Positions 11,601 to 23,218 of a stretch of DNA of 64,000 bases are shown here, one piece after another; positions within the stretch are counted from its first letter, which is position 1; each line of letters begins with the position of its first letter. The stretch covers positions 4,045,061 through 4,109,060 of the forward strand of contig MU058423.1 in NCBI GenBank assembly GCA_013265495.1, written 5' to 3'. Made by a program: the position numbers and the translations under genes. The DNA is from Vicugna vicugna (Eukaryota). The notes below the pieces were generated by a model. That model had not been told where the DNA came from, made no database searches, and saw only the letters and a list, made by a program, of their open reading frames with translations.

Positions 11601-12867
11601 GTCCAGGACCAAGCTTCACCAAGCAGCAGGCAGGCACTGGCTCCTCCTGCTAGGAACCCTGCATAACCTTCTAGTCCAGCCTCATTCACCAGGGGGCAGA
11701 TACTAGAAACAAGAAAACAACAATTCCAAAGCCTGTGGAAGGAATCCACAAACACAGGCCAGACTCTACACTGGGACTGGCTGGATGCTGGCCCTGGGGT
11801 GACAAGAGAGGAGTGTACTGCTGGGATGCATAGGACATCTCCTACAGAGGGCCACTTCTCTAAGGCTGAGAAACGTAACTAACTTATCTAAAAATAAAAA
11901 TAGAAAGATAGATGATATGAGGTGGCAAAGGAATATCTCCCAGGCCAAGGCAGAAGATAAAATCCCAGAAGAAGAAATAAGTGATGAGGTGATAGGCAAT
12001 TTATCTGAGAAAGAGTTTAAAGTAATGATGGCCAAGATGTTCAGAGAACAGAGAGGAGACGAGATGAACAGAGTGAAGTTTTTAGCAAAGAGTTGGAAAA
12101 CATAAAGAATATCCAAACAGAGTTGAAGAATAAAATCACTGAAATGAGTAACACATTAGAAGGAACCAAGAATAGACTAAGAGGCAGAAGAATAGATCAG
12201 TGAACTCGAAGACAGATTAGTGGAAATCACCACTGCAGAACAGAAAAAAGAAAAAAGAAAGAAAAGAAATAAGGATAGCTTAAGAGAACTCTGGGACAAC
12301 ATGAAGCACACTAATATTCACATTATAGAGGTCCCAGAAAGAGAAAAGAGAAAATTTTTGGATAATCACCAAAATATTCCTCAACTTGGGAAAGGAAACA
12401 GTCACCCAAGTCCAGGAAGCGCAGAGAATACCATACAGGCTCAACCCAAAGGGGAACACACCAAGGCACATAGTCATCAAATTGACAACAATTAAAAATA
12501 AGGAGAAAACATTAAAATTAGCAAGAGAAAAGCAACAAATAACATACAAGGGAATTCCCATATGGTTATCAGCTGACTTCTCAGCAGAAACTCTACAGGC
12601 CAGAAGGGAGTAGCACAGTATACTTAAAGTGATGCAAGGGGGAAACTTACAACCAAGAATACTCTATCCCCCAAGGCTCTCATTCAGATTGAAGGAAGAA
12701 ATCAAAAGCTTCACAGATAAACAAAAGCTTCACAGAAAAACAAAACCTAAAAGATTTCAGCGCCACCAAACCAGCTTTACAACAAATGTTGAAAGACCTT
12801 CTCTAGTCATCAAACCATAAGAAAAGAGAGCAAAAAGAAGATAGTGGAAAAACAATAGACCTACAAA
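11601..12867 (+). mobile_element. Second-family L1 fragment: end of 5'UTR plus decayed ORF1
   Basis: ORF remnants MRWQRNISQ...EKEFKVMM, LRELWDNMKHTNIHII, AREKQQITYKGIPIWLSADFSAETLQARRE and RILYPPRLSF are L1 ORF1p motifs. Confidence 0.88.
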
Positions 12868-13372
12868 AGATTGCTTTGACTGTTTGGAGTCTTTTGTGGT
12901 TCCTTATAAATACTGGACTTGTTTGTTCTAGCTCTGTGGGGAATGTCGTGAGTATTTTGATGGGGGTTGCATTGGATCTGTGGATTGCTTTAGGTAGTGT
13001 GGCCATTTTGATAGTGTTGATTGTTTCAGTGCAAGAGCACAAGAAATCTTTCCATTCCTTTGTATCATTTCAGTTTTCAGAGTATAGGTAACTACTTTGA
13101 TTAAGTTTATTTCTAGGTATTTTGTTGTTTTTGATGCAATGGAAGTTTTACGCCAGTTATAAAATTCTGGTTTTTGAAGAAAAAAAAAAAAAGAATGAAG
13201 GGCCACAAATGGCAAAATATCCTTCTTTCTTATGGGTGAGTTGTATTCCATTACATATATGCTGCATCTTCTTTACCTATTCAACTATTGATGTGCACAA
13301 CTTAGTATGCTTTCATGTCTTGGCAATTGTAAATATTGCTGTTAATAGTAGGGTGTGTGTATCTTTTTTAAT
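12868..13372 (-). mobile_element. Antisense L1 ORF2 and 3' fragments
   Basis: Minus-strand ORF2-like peptides IKMATLPKAIHRSNATPIKI and MEYNSPIRKKDILPF. Confidence 0.8.
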
Positions 13373-13492
13373 TAATTCTTATTTTGTGGTTGGCTTTATT
13401 CCTTTGATAACTAAGTTTAAAAAGCTAAAGCTCTAAACATCCTTAGAAACAATGAACAGTACATATATGTAAATTTAAAAATATATGTGCAG

Positions 13493-14033
13493 TAAAAAAA
13501 AAAAAGAGCTATCAAGCCATGAAAGACATGGAAGAAACTTAAAAGACATACTACTAAATGAAAGAAGCAAGTCGGAAAAGGATACAAAGCTGTACGATTC
13601 CAGCCAAATGACATTCTGGAAAAGGCAAAGCTACAGAAACAATAAAAAGACAATGGTTTCCAGGGATTTGGGGAGGTGGGGGTCAGGGGGAGGAATGAAT
13701 AATGGAGCACAAGGGATTTTTAGGGCAATGAAATTATTCTGTATGATACTATAGTGGTGGTTATATATCATTATGCATTTGTCAAAACCCACAGAATGTA
13801 AAACATCAAGAGTGAACACTAACGTAAACTATGGACTTTGGTTGATAATAATGTGTTCATGTTGATTCATCAGTTGCACCAAATGTGCCACACCAATGAG
13901 GAATGGTGAGGGTAGGGGAGTATATATGTGTGGGTGGGCAGGGCTATGTGCAAACTCTCTGTATTTTTTGCTCAATTATGCTGTGAAACTGAAACTGCTC
14001 TAAAAAATAAAGTCCATTAATAAAAAAAAAAAA
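13493..14033 (+). mobile_element. L1MC-type 3' end with A tail
   Basis: GAGCTATCAAGCCATGAAAGACATGGAAGAAACTTAAA...GACATTCTGGAAAAGGCAAA...AAACTATGGACTTTGG...CTAAAAAATAAAGTC. Confidence 0.8.
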
Positions 14034-15076
14034 GAGGATAAAACAAATATTTGGAGATGACTTGGTTTTGAATACGACTTCAATATTCTTAAGATATCAA
14101 GTCTTCCTAAATTAATTTCTAAATTCAATGCTATACTAATCAAAATCTCAATGGGAAAAGTTTTCCATTTTGAAAAAAATATTCTAATGTTCATTGGAAG
14201 ACTAAACGTATGATAAATGTACTATCATGCTTCAATAATTAAAAGAGTGGTACTGACACAGACAAGGAGAGACAAACCAATGTAACACCATTATCAAGAT
14301 ATAGGCCCAAGTCTATATTGAAAATTAATGATAACAGTGGTACTTGAAAGCAGTGGGGAAAAGATGGATTATTCAAATGCTATTGAGACAATGGAAAAGC
14401 AATGTGAAAGAAAGGGAAAGATGGGTTCTCTGCTGAAACCCTATAAGAGAACAAATTTCAGATAATTAAAAAAATTAATGTAAAAAATAAAACTATCAGA
14501 AGAAAAAAATGACAAGAAAGCGGGAGTAGCAATACTCATATCAGACACAATAAACTTTAAAACAAAAGCCATAAAGAAAGATAAAGGGCATTATATAACG
14601 ATCAAAGGAGCAACACAAGATGAGGATATTATACTCATTAACATATATGCACCCAATATAAGAGCACCTAAATATATAAAATACTAACAGACATAAAGGG
14701 AGAAATTGATGGGAATACAATAATAGTAGGAGACTAACACCCCTACTAACATCTTTGGAAAGGTCTTTCAGACAGAAAAAAAGGCAACAGAGATACTGAA
14801 TGACAATAGAACAGTTGGACTTGGTTGATATTTTTAGGACATTACATTCCCTCAAAACAGAATATACATTCTTTTCAAGTGCTCATGGAACATTCTCTAG
14901 GATATACCACATACTTGGGCACAAAAGAAGCCTCAACACATTTAAGAGGACAGAAATTATTTCAAGCATCCTCTCTGACCACAATGACATGAAACTAGCA
15001 ATCAACCACAGAAAAACAAAGGAGAAAAAAAAAACAGCATGGAGACTAAACAACATGCTACTAAAAAACCAATGGG

Positions 15077-15261
15077 GTAGTAGCTCACAGCGAAAAAAAA
15101 AATATGACAATGAACATATGTTTGTTCATGTATAACTGAAAAATTGTGCTCTACACTGAATTTGACACATTGTAAAATGACTATAACTCAATAAAAAAGT
15201 TAAAAAACAAACAAACCAAAACCAAAAAAAAAAACCAAACACCCAATAAATGGGCTTTAAA
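15077..15261 (+). mobile_element. Younger 5'-truncated L1 3' end nested in ORF2 of the host L1
   Basis: TSD AAAAAACCAATGGG (15063-15076) / AAAAAACCAGTGGG (15262-15275); ends GACTATAACTCAATAAAAAA followed by an A-rich tail. Confidence 0.85.
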
Positions 15262-18200
15262 AAAAAACCAGTGGGTCAACAATTAAATCAAAGAAGAAAT
15301 TAAAAAATATATTAAGACAAATGACAATGAAAACACAACCACACAAAATCTATGGGTTTCAGCAGAAGTAGTCCTAAGAAGGAAGTTCATAGTGATACAG
15401 ACCTTTCTCAAAAGAGAACAATCTCAAATAAACAACCTAACCTACCACCTAAAAGAATTAGAAAAAGAACAAAGAAAACCTGAAGTCAGCAGAAGGAAAA
15501 GAAATAATAAAGTTCAGGGAGGAAATAAATAAAACAGAGTTTTAAAAAAACAACAGGAAAAAATCAATCAAACCAAGAGCTGGTTTTTTGAAAGTGTAAA
15601 CAAAATTGACAAACCTCTGGCCAGGCTCACCAAGAAGAGAGAACACAAACAAAATAAGAAATGAAAATGGAGAAATTATAATCAACACCACAGAAATACA
15701 AAAAATCATAAGAGAATATATGAGCTATATGGCAATAAATTGAACAACTCAGAAATGGACAAGTTTCTAAAAACATACAGTCCATCAAAACTGAATCAAG
15801 AACGAGAGACCCACCACTAGAAGTGATCACCCGCACAGACCTATCACTAGAAGTGAAATAGAATCAGAAATAAAAAAAACCTCCCTGCAAACAAAAGTTC
15901 AAGACCAGATGGCTTCACTCGGGAATTCTATCAAACATACAAAGAAGAGCTCATACCAATCCTTCTCAAACTCTCCCAAAAGATTTAAGAGGAAGGAACA
16001 CTGCCAAACTCATTCTATGAAGTCACCATCACCCTAGCCAGACAGACACTGCCAAAAAAGACAATTATAGGCCAATATCATTGATGCACATAGATGCAAA
16101 CATCCTCAACAAAATAGTAAACAGAATTCAACACATAAAAAAGATTATACACCATGATCAAGTTGGATTCATCCCAGGGTCACAAGGATCGTTCAACATA
16201 CGCAAATCTATCAATGTGATACACCACATCAACAAGACAAAGGACAAAAATCACATGATCATCTCAACAGATGCAGAAAAAGTATTTGATAAAATTCAAC
16301 ATCCATTTATGATAAAAACTGTTAACCAAAGTGGGTATAGAGGAAACATCTCAATATAATAAAAGCTATTAATGACAAACCTACAGCCAGCATAATACTC
16401 AATAGTGAAAAGTTGAAAGCCTTTCTGCTAAAATCCGGAACAAGACAAGGATGCCCACTCTCATCACTTCTATTCAATATAGTATTGGAAGTCCTAGCCA
16501 TAGCAGTTAGGCAAGAAAAAGAAATAAAAGGGATCCAAATTGGAAGAGAAGAGGTAAGACTGTCACTATATGCAGATGACATGATACTGTATATATAAAT
16601 CCCTAAAGCACACAAAAACCACTGGAGCTAATAAAAGAATTCATCAAGGTAGCAGGATACAAGATTAACATACAGAGATTAGTTGCATTTCTTTACACTA
16701 ACAATGAAATACCAGAAAAGGAAAGTAAAGAAACAATTCCTTTTAAAATTACAGCCAAAATAAAATATGTAGGAATTAATCTGAACAAGAAGGTGAAAGA
16801 CTTATACATGGAGAAGAACAAAACATTGGTTAGGAAATGAAAAATTACTTTAAAAAATTGAAAAATAAAATCCCATGCTCATGAATTGGATGAATCAATG
16901 TTGTTACAATGGACATACTACCCAAGGCAATATAGAGATTTAATGCAATCCCTATCAAATTACCCAGGATATTTTTCACAGAACTAGAACAAACAATCCT
17001 AAAATTTATATGGAATCACAGAAAACCCAGAATTGCCAAAGCATTACTGAACAAAAAGAATGAAGCTGGAGGAATAACCCTCCCAGACTTCAGACAATAC
17101 TACAGAGCTACAATAATCAAAACAGGATGGTACTGGCACAAAAACAGACATATAGATCAATGGAACAGGACATAAGCCCAGAAATATACCCACAGACCTA
17201 TGGTCAATTAATATTTGACAATGGAGGCAAGAACACACAACGGAGGAAAAACAGTCTTTTCAGCAAATAGTGCTGGGAAAACTGGACAGCTGCATGTAAA
17301 TCAATGAAATTAGAACACTCCCTCACACCTTACACAAGAATAAACTCAAAATAAAGACTTAAATATAAGACAAGATACCTTAACCCTCTGAGAAGAAAAC
17401 ATAGGCAAAACAGTCTCTGACATAAATCTTAGCAGTGTTCTCCTAGGGCAGTCTATACAGGCAACAGAAATAAAAGCAAAAATAAACAAATGGGACCTAA
17501 CTAAATTTATAAGCTTTGCACAGCAAAGGAAACCATAAGCAAAAGAAAAAGACAACCTATGGAATGGGAGAAAATAGTTGCAAAAGATGAAACTGACAAG
17601 GGCTTAATTTCCAGAATATATATACGCTCATACAACTTAATAAGAAAAAAACAACTCAATCCAAAAATGGGCAGAAGGCCTAAACAAGCAATTCTCTAAT
17701 GAAGACAGACAAATGGCCAATCGGCATAAGAAAAAATGCTCAATATCACTAATTATCAGAGAAATGCAAATCAAAACTACAATGAGGTATCACCTCACAC
17801 AGTCAGAATGGTCATCATTCAGAAGTCCACAAACAATAAATGCTGGAGAAGGTGTGGAGACAAGGGAACCCTCCTACACTGCTGGTGGGAATGTAGTTTG
17901 GTGCAGCCATTATGGAAAACAGTATGGAGATTCCTCAAAAAACTGAAAATAGACTTACCATATGATCCAGCAATCCCACTCCTGGGCATATATCCAGAGG
18001 GAAACTTAATTCAAAAAGATACACGCACCCTAATGTTCACAGAAGCACTATTCACAACAGCCAAGACCTGGAAACAACCTAAATGTCCACTGACACATGA
18101 CTAGATAAAGAAGATGTGGTATATTTATACAATGGAATACTACTTAGCCACAAAAAGTAATAAAATAATGCCATTTGCAGCAACACGGATGCACCTAGAA

Positions 18201-18629
18201 ACTGTCATACTAAGTGAAGTAAGCCAGAAAGACAAGTGCCATATGATGTCACTTATCTATGGAATTTTTTTTAAATAACACAAATGAAATTATTTTCAAA
18301 TGGAAACAGATGCACAGACATAAAAAACAAACTTATGGTTACCAGAGTTGGCTGGGGGTGGGAAGGGATGAACTGGGAGATCGAGATTTGCATATACTGA
18401 TACATATAAAATAGTTAAACAATAAATTCATACTGTATAGCACAGAGAACTATATTCAATATCTTGTAGTGCCTTATGGTGAAAAGGAATATGAAACGAA
18501 TATATGTATGTCCTTGTATGACTGAAGCATTATGCTGTGCACCAGAAATTGACACAAAATTGTAAACTGACTATACTTCAATTAAAAAAAAAATATATAT
18601 ATACAAAAAAAGACAGAAAATTACACCTC

Positions 18630-18765
18630 TTGGGGAGTGATAGAAATGTTAGCTATCTTGATTGTGGTAGTGGTTTTATTTGTGTATACATCTATCAAAA
18701 TTCATCAAAGTGTACATCTGAAATAAGTAGTTTACTGTACAGGAACCATACCATAATAAAGGTGT
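18630..18765 (+). mobile_element. Old L1M 3'-terminal fragment
   Basis: GGGGAGTGATAGAAATGTTAGCTATCTTGATTGTGGTAGTGGTT...CAAAATTCATCAAAGTGTACA. Confidence 0.7.
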
Positions 18766-18931
18766 TTTTTTTTTTTAAGTATCCTTTAATTTGCAATCTA
18801 CAGCTCATGGAGTCTTTTCACATACTTCACCTCATTGAACTTGGAACAAAACAAGTCTAAAAGGCAACTTTTATCTAAGATACAGCAATACATGGGAGCA
18901 TCTGAGTTTTTCAGAATTATTTCTACAGTTC

Positions 18932-19078
18932 TCTGGCTCTGCCACTGAATAGCTCTGTGACCTTTGGCAAATTGCTTACACTGCTTCTTCCTCAGTTTCT
19001 CTGTAGTTAAAATGGGGTCATGATAGCACCTTATCTCAGATGGTTTTCATGAGGATTAAATGGGATAACATGTAAACA
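18932..19078 (+). mobile_element. MIR SINE
   Basis: CTGGCTCTGCCACT...CTGTGACCTTTGGCAAATT...CCTCAGTTTCTC...AAAATGGGG...GAGGATTAAATGGGATAA. Confidence 0.85.
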
Positions 19079-19249
19079 GAGTTTTAAATTTTGCATTGTG
19101 GCTGCCACTTAACATACGAAAATCAATGTTACAAACTTAACTCAGGCATGAAAAACTATTGTATTATATTAGCCACCAGAAGAAACATCTTAAGATAACT
19201 TTTCTTGTTAGTGATGCTTTAAAATTGATGAGCACAAAACATAGTGCAG

Positions 19250-19732
19250 GGTATATCAGCTGTCTACTTCCATATAACAAATTACCCCAGCCCTTATCAG
19301 CTGAGGACAACAAGAATCCATTATCCTGCAGTTTCTTTGGGTCAGGAATTGGGGAGTAGATTCAATGGGTTTTCGGGCTCAGGGTCTCCTATGAGGCTTC
19401 AGTCAAGTCCAGGGTCATCTCACAGTTCAAGTGGGGGGAGAATTAGCTTTCAAGTTTGCTCACATGGGCCTCTGTACAGGGCTGCCTGACAACAATGGCA
19501 ACCGGTTCCTCCCCAAACTGATCCATTCAAGAGGGACAGAGCAAGAGCCAGAGCCCTCAAGGCGAAAGCTAGTCTCTCTATAACTTAATCTCGGAAGTGA
19601 CAGCCCATCACTCCTGCTCTATTCTAGTCCTTAGAAAGGAGTTACTAAACCGGCTCACACTCGAGGGAAGGGGCTGACACAAGGCGTGAATACCAGGATG
19701 AAGGGATCCCTGGGGCTCAGCAGGTGCTTACA
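19250..19732 (-). mobile_element. MaLR solo LTR (MLT1 type)
   Basis: CATATAACAAATTACCCCA...GGGTCAGGAATTGGGGAG...TATAACTTAATCTCGGAAGTGACA...GGCGTGAATACCAGGA. Confidence 0.75.
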
Positions 19733-21679
19733 TGCAGGGGCACACTGAAAGAGCATTTAAGCCAAGCATGAGGTTCACCTGAAAAGCATGGGTTACTCCG
19801 GAGAAGGTTAGTTGCCTAAAATTTAGTTCTTTGTTCAAAAAAAAAATTACTGTGGATTATTTAAATCAATATCCACTGTGTGCCAGGCTCTGCAGAGGGT
19901 ACAGGGGAGAAAAGAGGGCGACTCCTCAGAGGAGCTCATTTTCTTGGTCTTCTTCCATTTAGGAAATGCCCTTCCTGCGACTCAGTGTTGAGAGAGAATG
20001 AGAGGAGAGTTTTCGTGGAGGTAGCTGTTGAAAATTTAAAATGATAAAGTCCCCAAGTGTCTGGCAAATCACTCATTCAAGAAATAGACATTGAGCTCTT
20101 TTGATCAACTCTACGAAGGCTTGGAAGGTAACAATTCCGCACTTGAGGCGCTTACACACTTGCAGGTGTGTGATAGATACATCAAGTTAGGTACTGAGAT
20201 GTGTTACAGAGGGGGAAAGAGGTAGAGTAAGTAAAAAAGAGTTATTCTTCATAGGATGGTCAAGGAAATGATTTTTGAACAATGACCAAATTTAAGTGAG
20301 AACATGAAAACATATGTGAATACCTGAGTGCTTCGTGTTTGTAGAACAGCAAGGGCAGTGAGGTTGGAGAGAGTGAAACAGACCGTGAGTGAAGTTCAAG
20401 GGATGTAAACTAAGGACAAACTTCGGTAGGAATTAGTTTCCAATAGAAACACTACTACTTCTACCCACGCATGTTTGCTTCAGCTTCTCAGGGCATCAGC
20501 CCCAAGTGAGTTACCCCTTTTCTTCTCACCCAGCATGTCAGGATCACACATCATCTCAGCAGGAGAGGAAAGCTCTTAAGTAGTTTTGTGCAATGAGCTC
20601 ATTAGCAACAAGCAACCTATTTAAATGAGCTAACGAAACGCTCCTAAATCCTGTGCAAATTGGACGTGCATAATATGAAGAAGGGAGGGAAAGTGTGCTG
20701 TGGTTTTGTAGAGGTGAGAAATGCCCTTAGCATTTATTACACTTAATGTTGAGATATTGTTGCCTGGGTGCTTTGAAGAAGATAATTTACATTAATGGCA
20801 CGTGATGAAATGAATCTACATTAGTGTGAAAAAATTATTTACCTTTATTCAGTCTGCCTGATCTAATATTGCTCGATTTATTTGACATTTTTCTTAAAAT
20901 ACTGGACATAATCGCATTTAAGGACCTGCCTCAAAGATGACGTTAGGTAGATATCCCGAAGGGTTATAAAGGAAAGAGGGGACAAAACAACCCTGGAACA
21001 AAGCCTTGGCTGCTGCACCACCAATTTGAAGCCATTGAACAGGAGGACTCTCAAAATCTGATACACTCTTCTGGGACTTCTCAGTACAGCCCAAAATACA
21101 ATTAGAATTGTGCAAAAAGCTAAACTTGAACGTGCAATCACATTATTTTAAAAACAATTAGCAGTTTCAAAGTCCTTCAGATGTTAAGAGTACATATGTT
21201 TTTCTAAGACAACTCTGTAATACGATTAGTGGGGAGGCGAAGGAGTACAGGAATGCGAATAAGGCACAGCAGAGTCTAACCTTGGCTCCTTCTGCTAACA
21301 AGTCAAGAGACTGGAATCTCTCTTCTCTGAGGCTCCGTGTCCTCATCTGTAGGAGGAAGGCATCAATTCTACAATGTCTGTGCCTATTTCCAGTTCAACA
21401 TTCTACACCAAGATAGCTGTTTGGCCAGGGAATCAAATTTGTAAATGGGATAGAGTACTGAAGCTCAAACAAACTGGGGGTGTACAACTTTGAAGGGCAA
21501 AGACTTGAACGAGTCTGACATCTCACTTACTCCAAATCAACCTCATCTCACACAGACAATTGAAAGAGGCCTCAGCTGGCATCCCTGCTCCTCTTCCAGC
21601 TCCCGTCCAGAATCTTGACTGGATCACTTCATTTCCTTTTTCAAAACTCTTCAACAGCTCCCATTCCTTCCATGTATGT

Positions 21680-22790
21680 ATGTGCTGAGATATATGGTGG
21701 ACAAAACAGACAACTCTCTACTCTGATAGAGCCCACCTTGTATTGGCAAGAACAGAGAGACAGACAAAAAATGAACACATATGACACAGTATCAGGAAGT
21801 GCTAAACAAAATCAAGAAAATCAAAGCAGAGGAAGGAGACAGTAAGAGGAAAGTTCTACCTTAGACATGGTAGCCACAAGCAATATCTGAACAGGGACCT
21901 GAAGAAGGGAGGGGGGGAGCCATGTGATTATCAGGGTCTCCAGGCAGAGGGAAGAGCCAGTGCAGAATCCTGGGGAACAGTGTGTTTGGTTGGCGGGACT
22001 TCCAAGTAACAGCATGTGGACCTCTGTCTCTAGAGCAGAGTGAACAAGGGGAAAGGCTGGCAGATGATGACTTAGCTAATCTTGGACTGGATCATCTACG
22101 GCTTTGTGGGTAATGGAAAGAACGTTAGCTTTTGGAAAAACTGGAGCATTCTGAGGAGGGATGTGACATGATCAGATTTGCTTTACTGAAGTGTCATTTT
22201 GGCCTGTTGTTGGAAGTTTTACCAAAGGGAGACAAGAGCGGAAGTAGAAAGCCCATCAAAGCATGACTGTGTAGCCCAGGTGAGAAATGATGGTGGCTCA
22301 TACCGGGTTGATATCACAGGCTGCGTGACAAGCATTTGTATTTCAGGTATGTTTTGAAGTCACTGCTGGCCTAGCTTACGGCTTGAATGTGGAATGATGA
22401 GAAAAACAGAATCCCTGAGGCTGACGTCAGTATTTTTGGCTTGCATGGTGTTTAAGCATGAGCATGGTAAAGGGTGACTGACTGATTTGGGAAGGGAGGT
22501 AAGAAGTCAACTGCTCAGTTGTAGATACGTTAAGCTCAAGATGCCTGTTAGCCATCTAACAACACATACCAAATAGGTAGTTGGGTATGAGTCTGTAGTT
22601 GGGTATGAGTCTGTAGTTTGAGGAGAGGTTGGGGCAGTATAAAAAACATTTGGAAATGAGCAACAGATTTGAAGTCATGAGATTAAACGAAATCATCTTA
22701 GCAAGTGAACGTAGGAGATGCAAGCCAGTGACTGAGCCCTGGGACACTCCAGTGTTTACACTGTAGAGAAGAAGACTCTAGCAATGGAGC
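21680..22790 (-). mobile_element. L2 LINE relic
   Basis: Typical reverse L2 3' motifs: TGAACAGGGACCTGAAG, CAGGCAGAGGGAAGAGCCAGTGCAGA, CCAGGTGAGAAATGATGGTGGC, GACTGAGCCCTGGGACACTCCA. Confidence 0.8.
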
Positions 22791-22809
22791 TGAGTCACAG
22801 AAGCTCATC

Positions 22810-23218
22810 TTCAACCTTCCCCTGCCATAACCACTAATCTACTTGCATTCGCACCAACATCCTTCTTGTTACAGGAACTATTCACGCTCCTGTCCAAACC
22901 CACCAATTCATTTCTACGTAGAATCCCTATCCTCTCACGTCCTCAAGGACATCACTCTGGTGATTATCCCTCTCTATTCTGTAAATTCAAACTTTATTTC
23001 TTTACAAGACCCTTACAATCAGGATATCAATTCCTTAAAAAAAAAAAAAAGCAAAAGCTCCTTCACAGCCCATATTGCCCACCAGTCCATTTTATGATCT
23101 CTTCAAAACAGCTGAAGTTGCTACAATTCTTCTATTACCTTGAACATACTCCAATATGACCTCTGGCCTCTCAAGATTCCACCAAAACCTCCACTGTGCC
23201 AAATCCAAAAGTCAGCTC
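22810..23218 (+). mobile_element. L2 fragment interrupted by the L1 block; resumes at 28461-28590
   Basis: Pyrimidine-rich L2-like sequence (GAATCCCTATCCTCTCACGTCCTCAAGGAC; GCCAAATCCAAAAGTCAG) continuing beyond the TSD. Confidence 0.6.

Larger units (their letters stand above)
11601..14506 (+). mobile_element. 2.9-kb composite insert inside L1 ORF2 (L1 5'UTR/ORF1, antisense L1 pieces, L1MC 3' end, L1ME-like relic)
   Basis: Flanked by a perfect AAATGACAAG repeat at 11591-11600 and 14507-14516; the host ORF2 reads through seamlessly once the insert is removed. Confidence 0.85.
8340..18600 (+). mobile_element. Decayed full-length LINE-1 (5'UTR, ORF1, ORF2, 3'UTR, A tail) with two nested inserts; first ~75 nt inverted
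   Basis: 5' end GGGGAGGTACCAAGATGGC lies on the minus strand from 8413. ORF1 remnant from ATG 10089 to TAA 10965; ORF2 from ATG 11399 with EN motif GWKKIFHAN/KAGVAILISD; RT motifs GTRQGCPLS and YADD near 16440-16580; HLT...CWRRCG near 17790-17860; A tail at ~18583-18593. Many stops and frameshifts. Confidence 0.93.

Noticed and set aside
10089..18200. L1 ORF1/ORF2 as an active reverse-transcriptase system
   Set aside because: Multiple stops, frameshifts and two nested insertions; the element is dead.
22577..22618. 18-bp tandem duplication GTAGTTGGGTATGAGTCT (also a 14-bp duplication at 51831-51850 and short ones near 12704-12745 and 15815-15856)
   Set aside because: Two-copy slippage duplications without spacers; not CRISPR-like and no sign of function.
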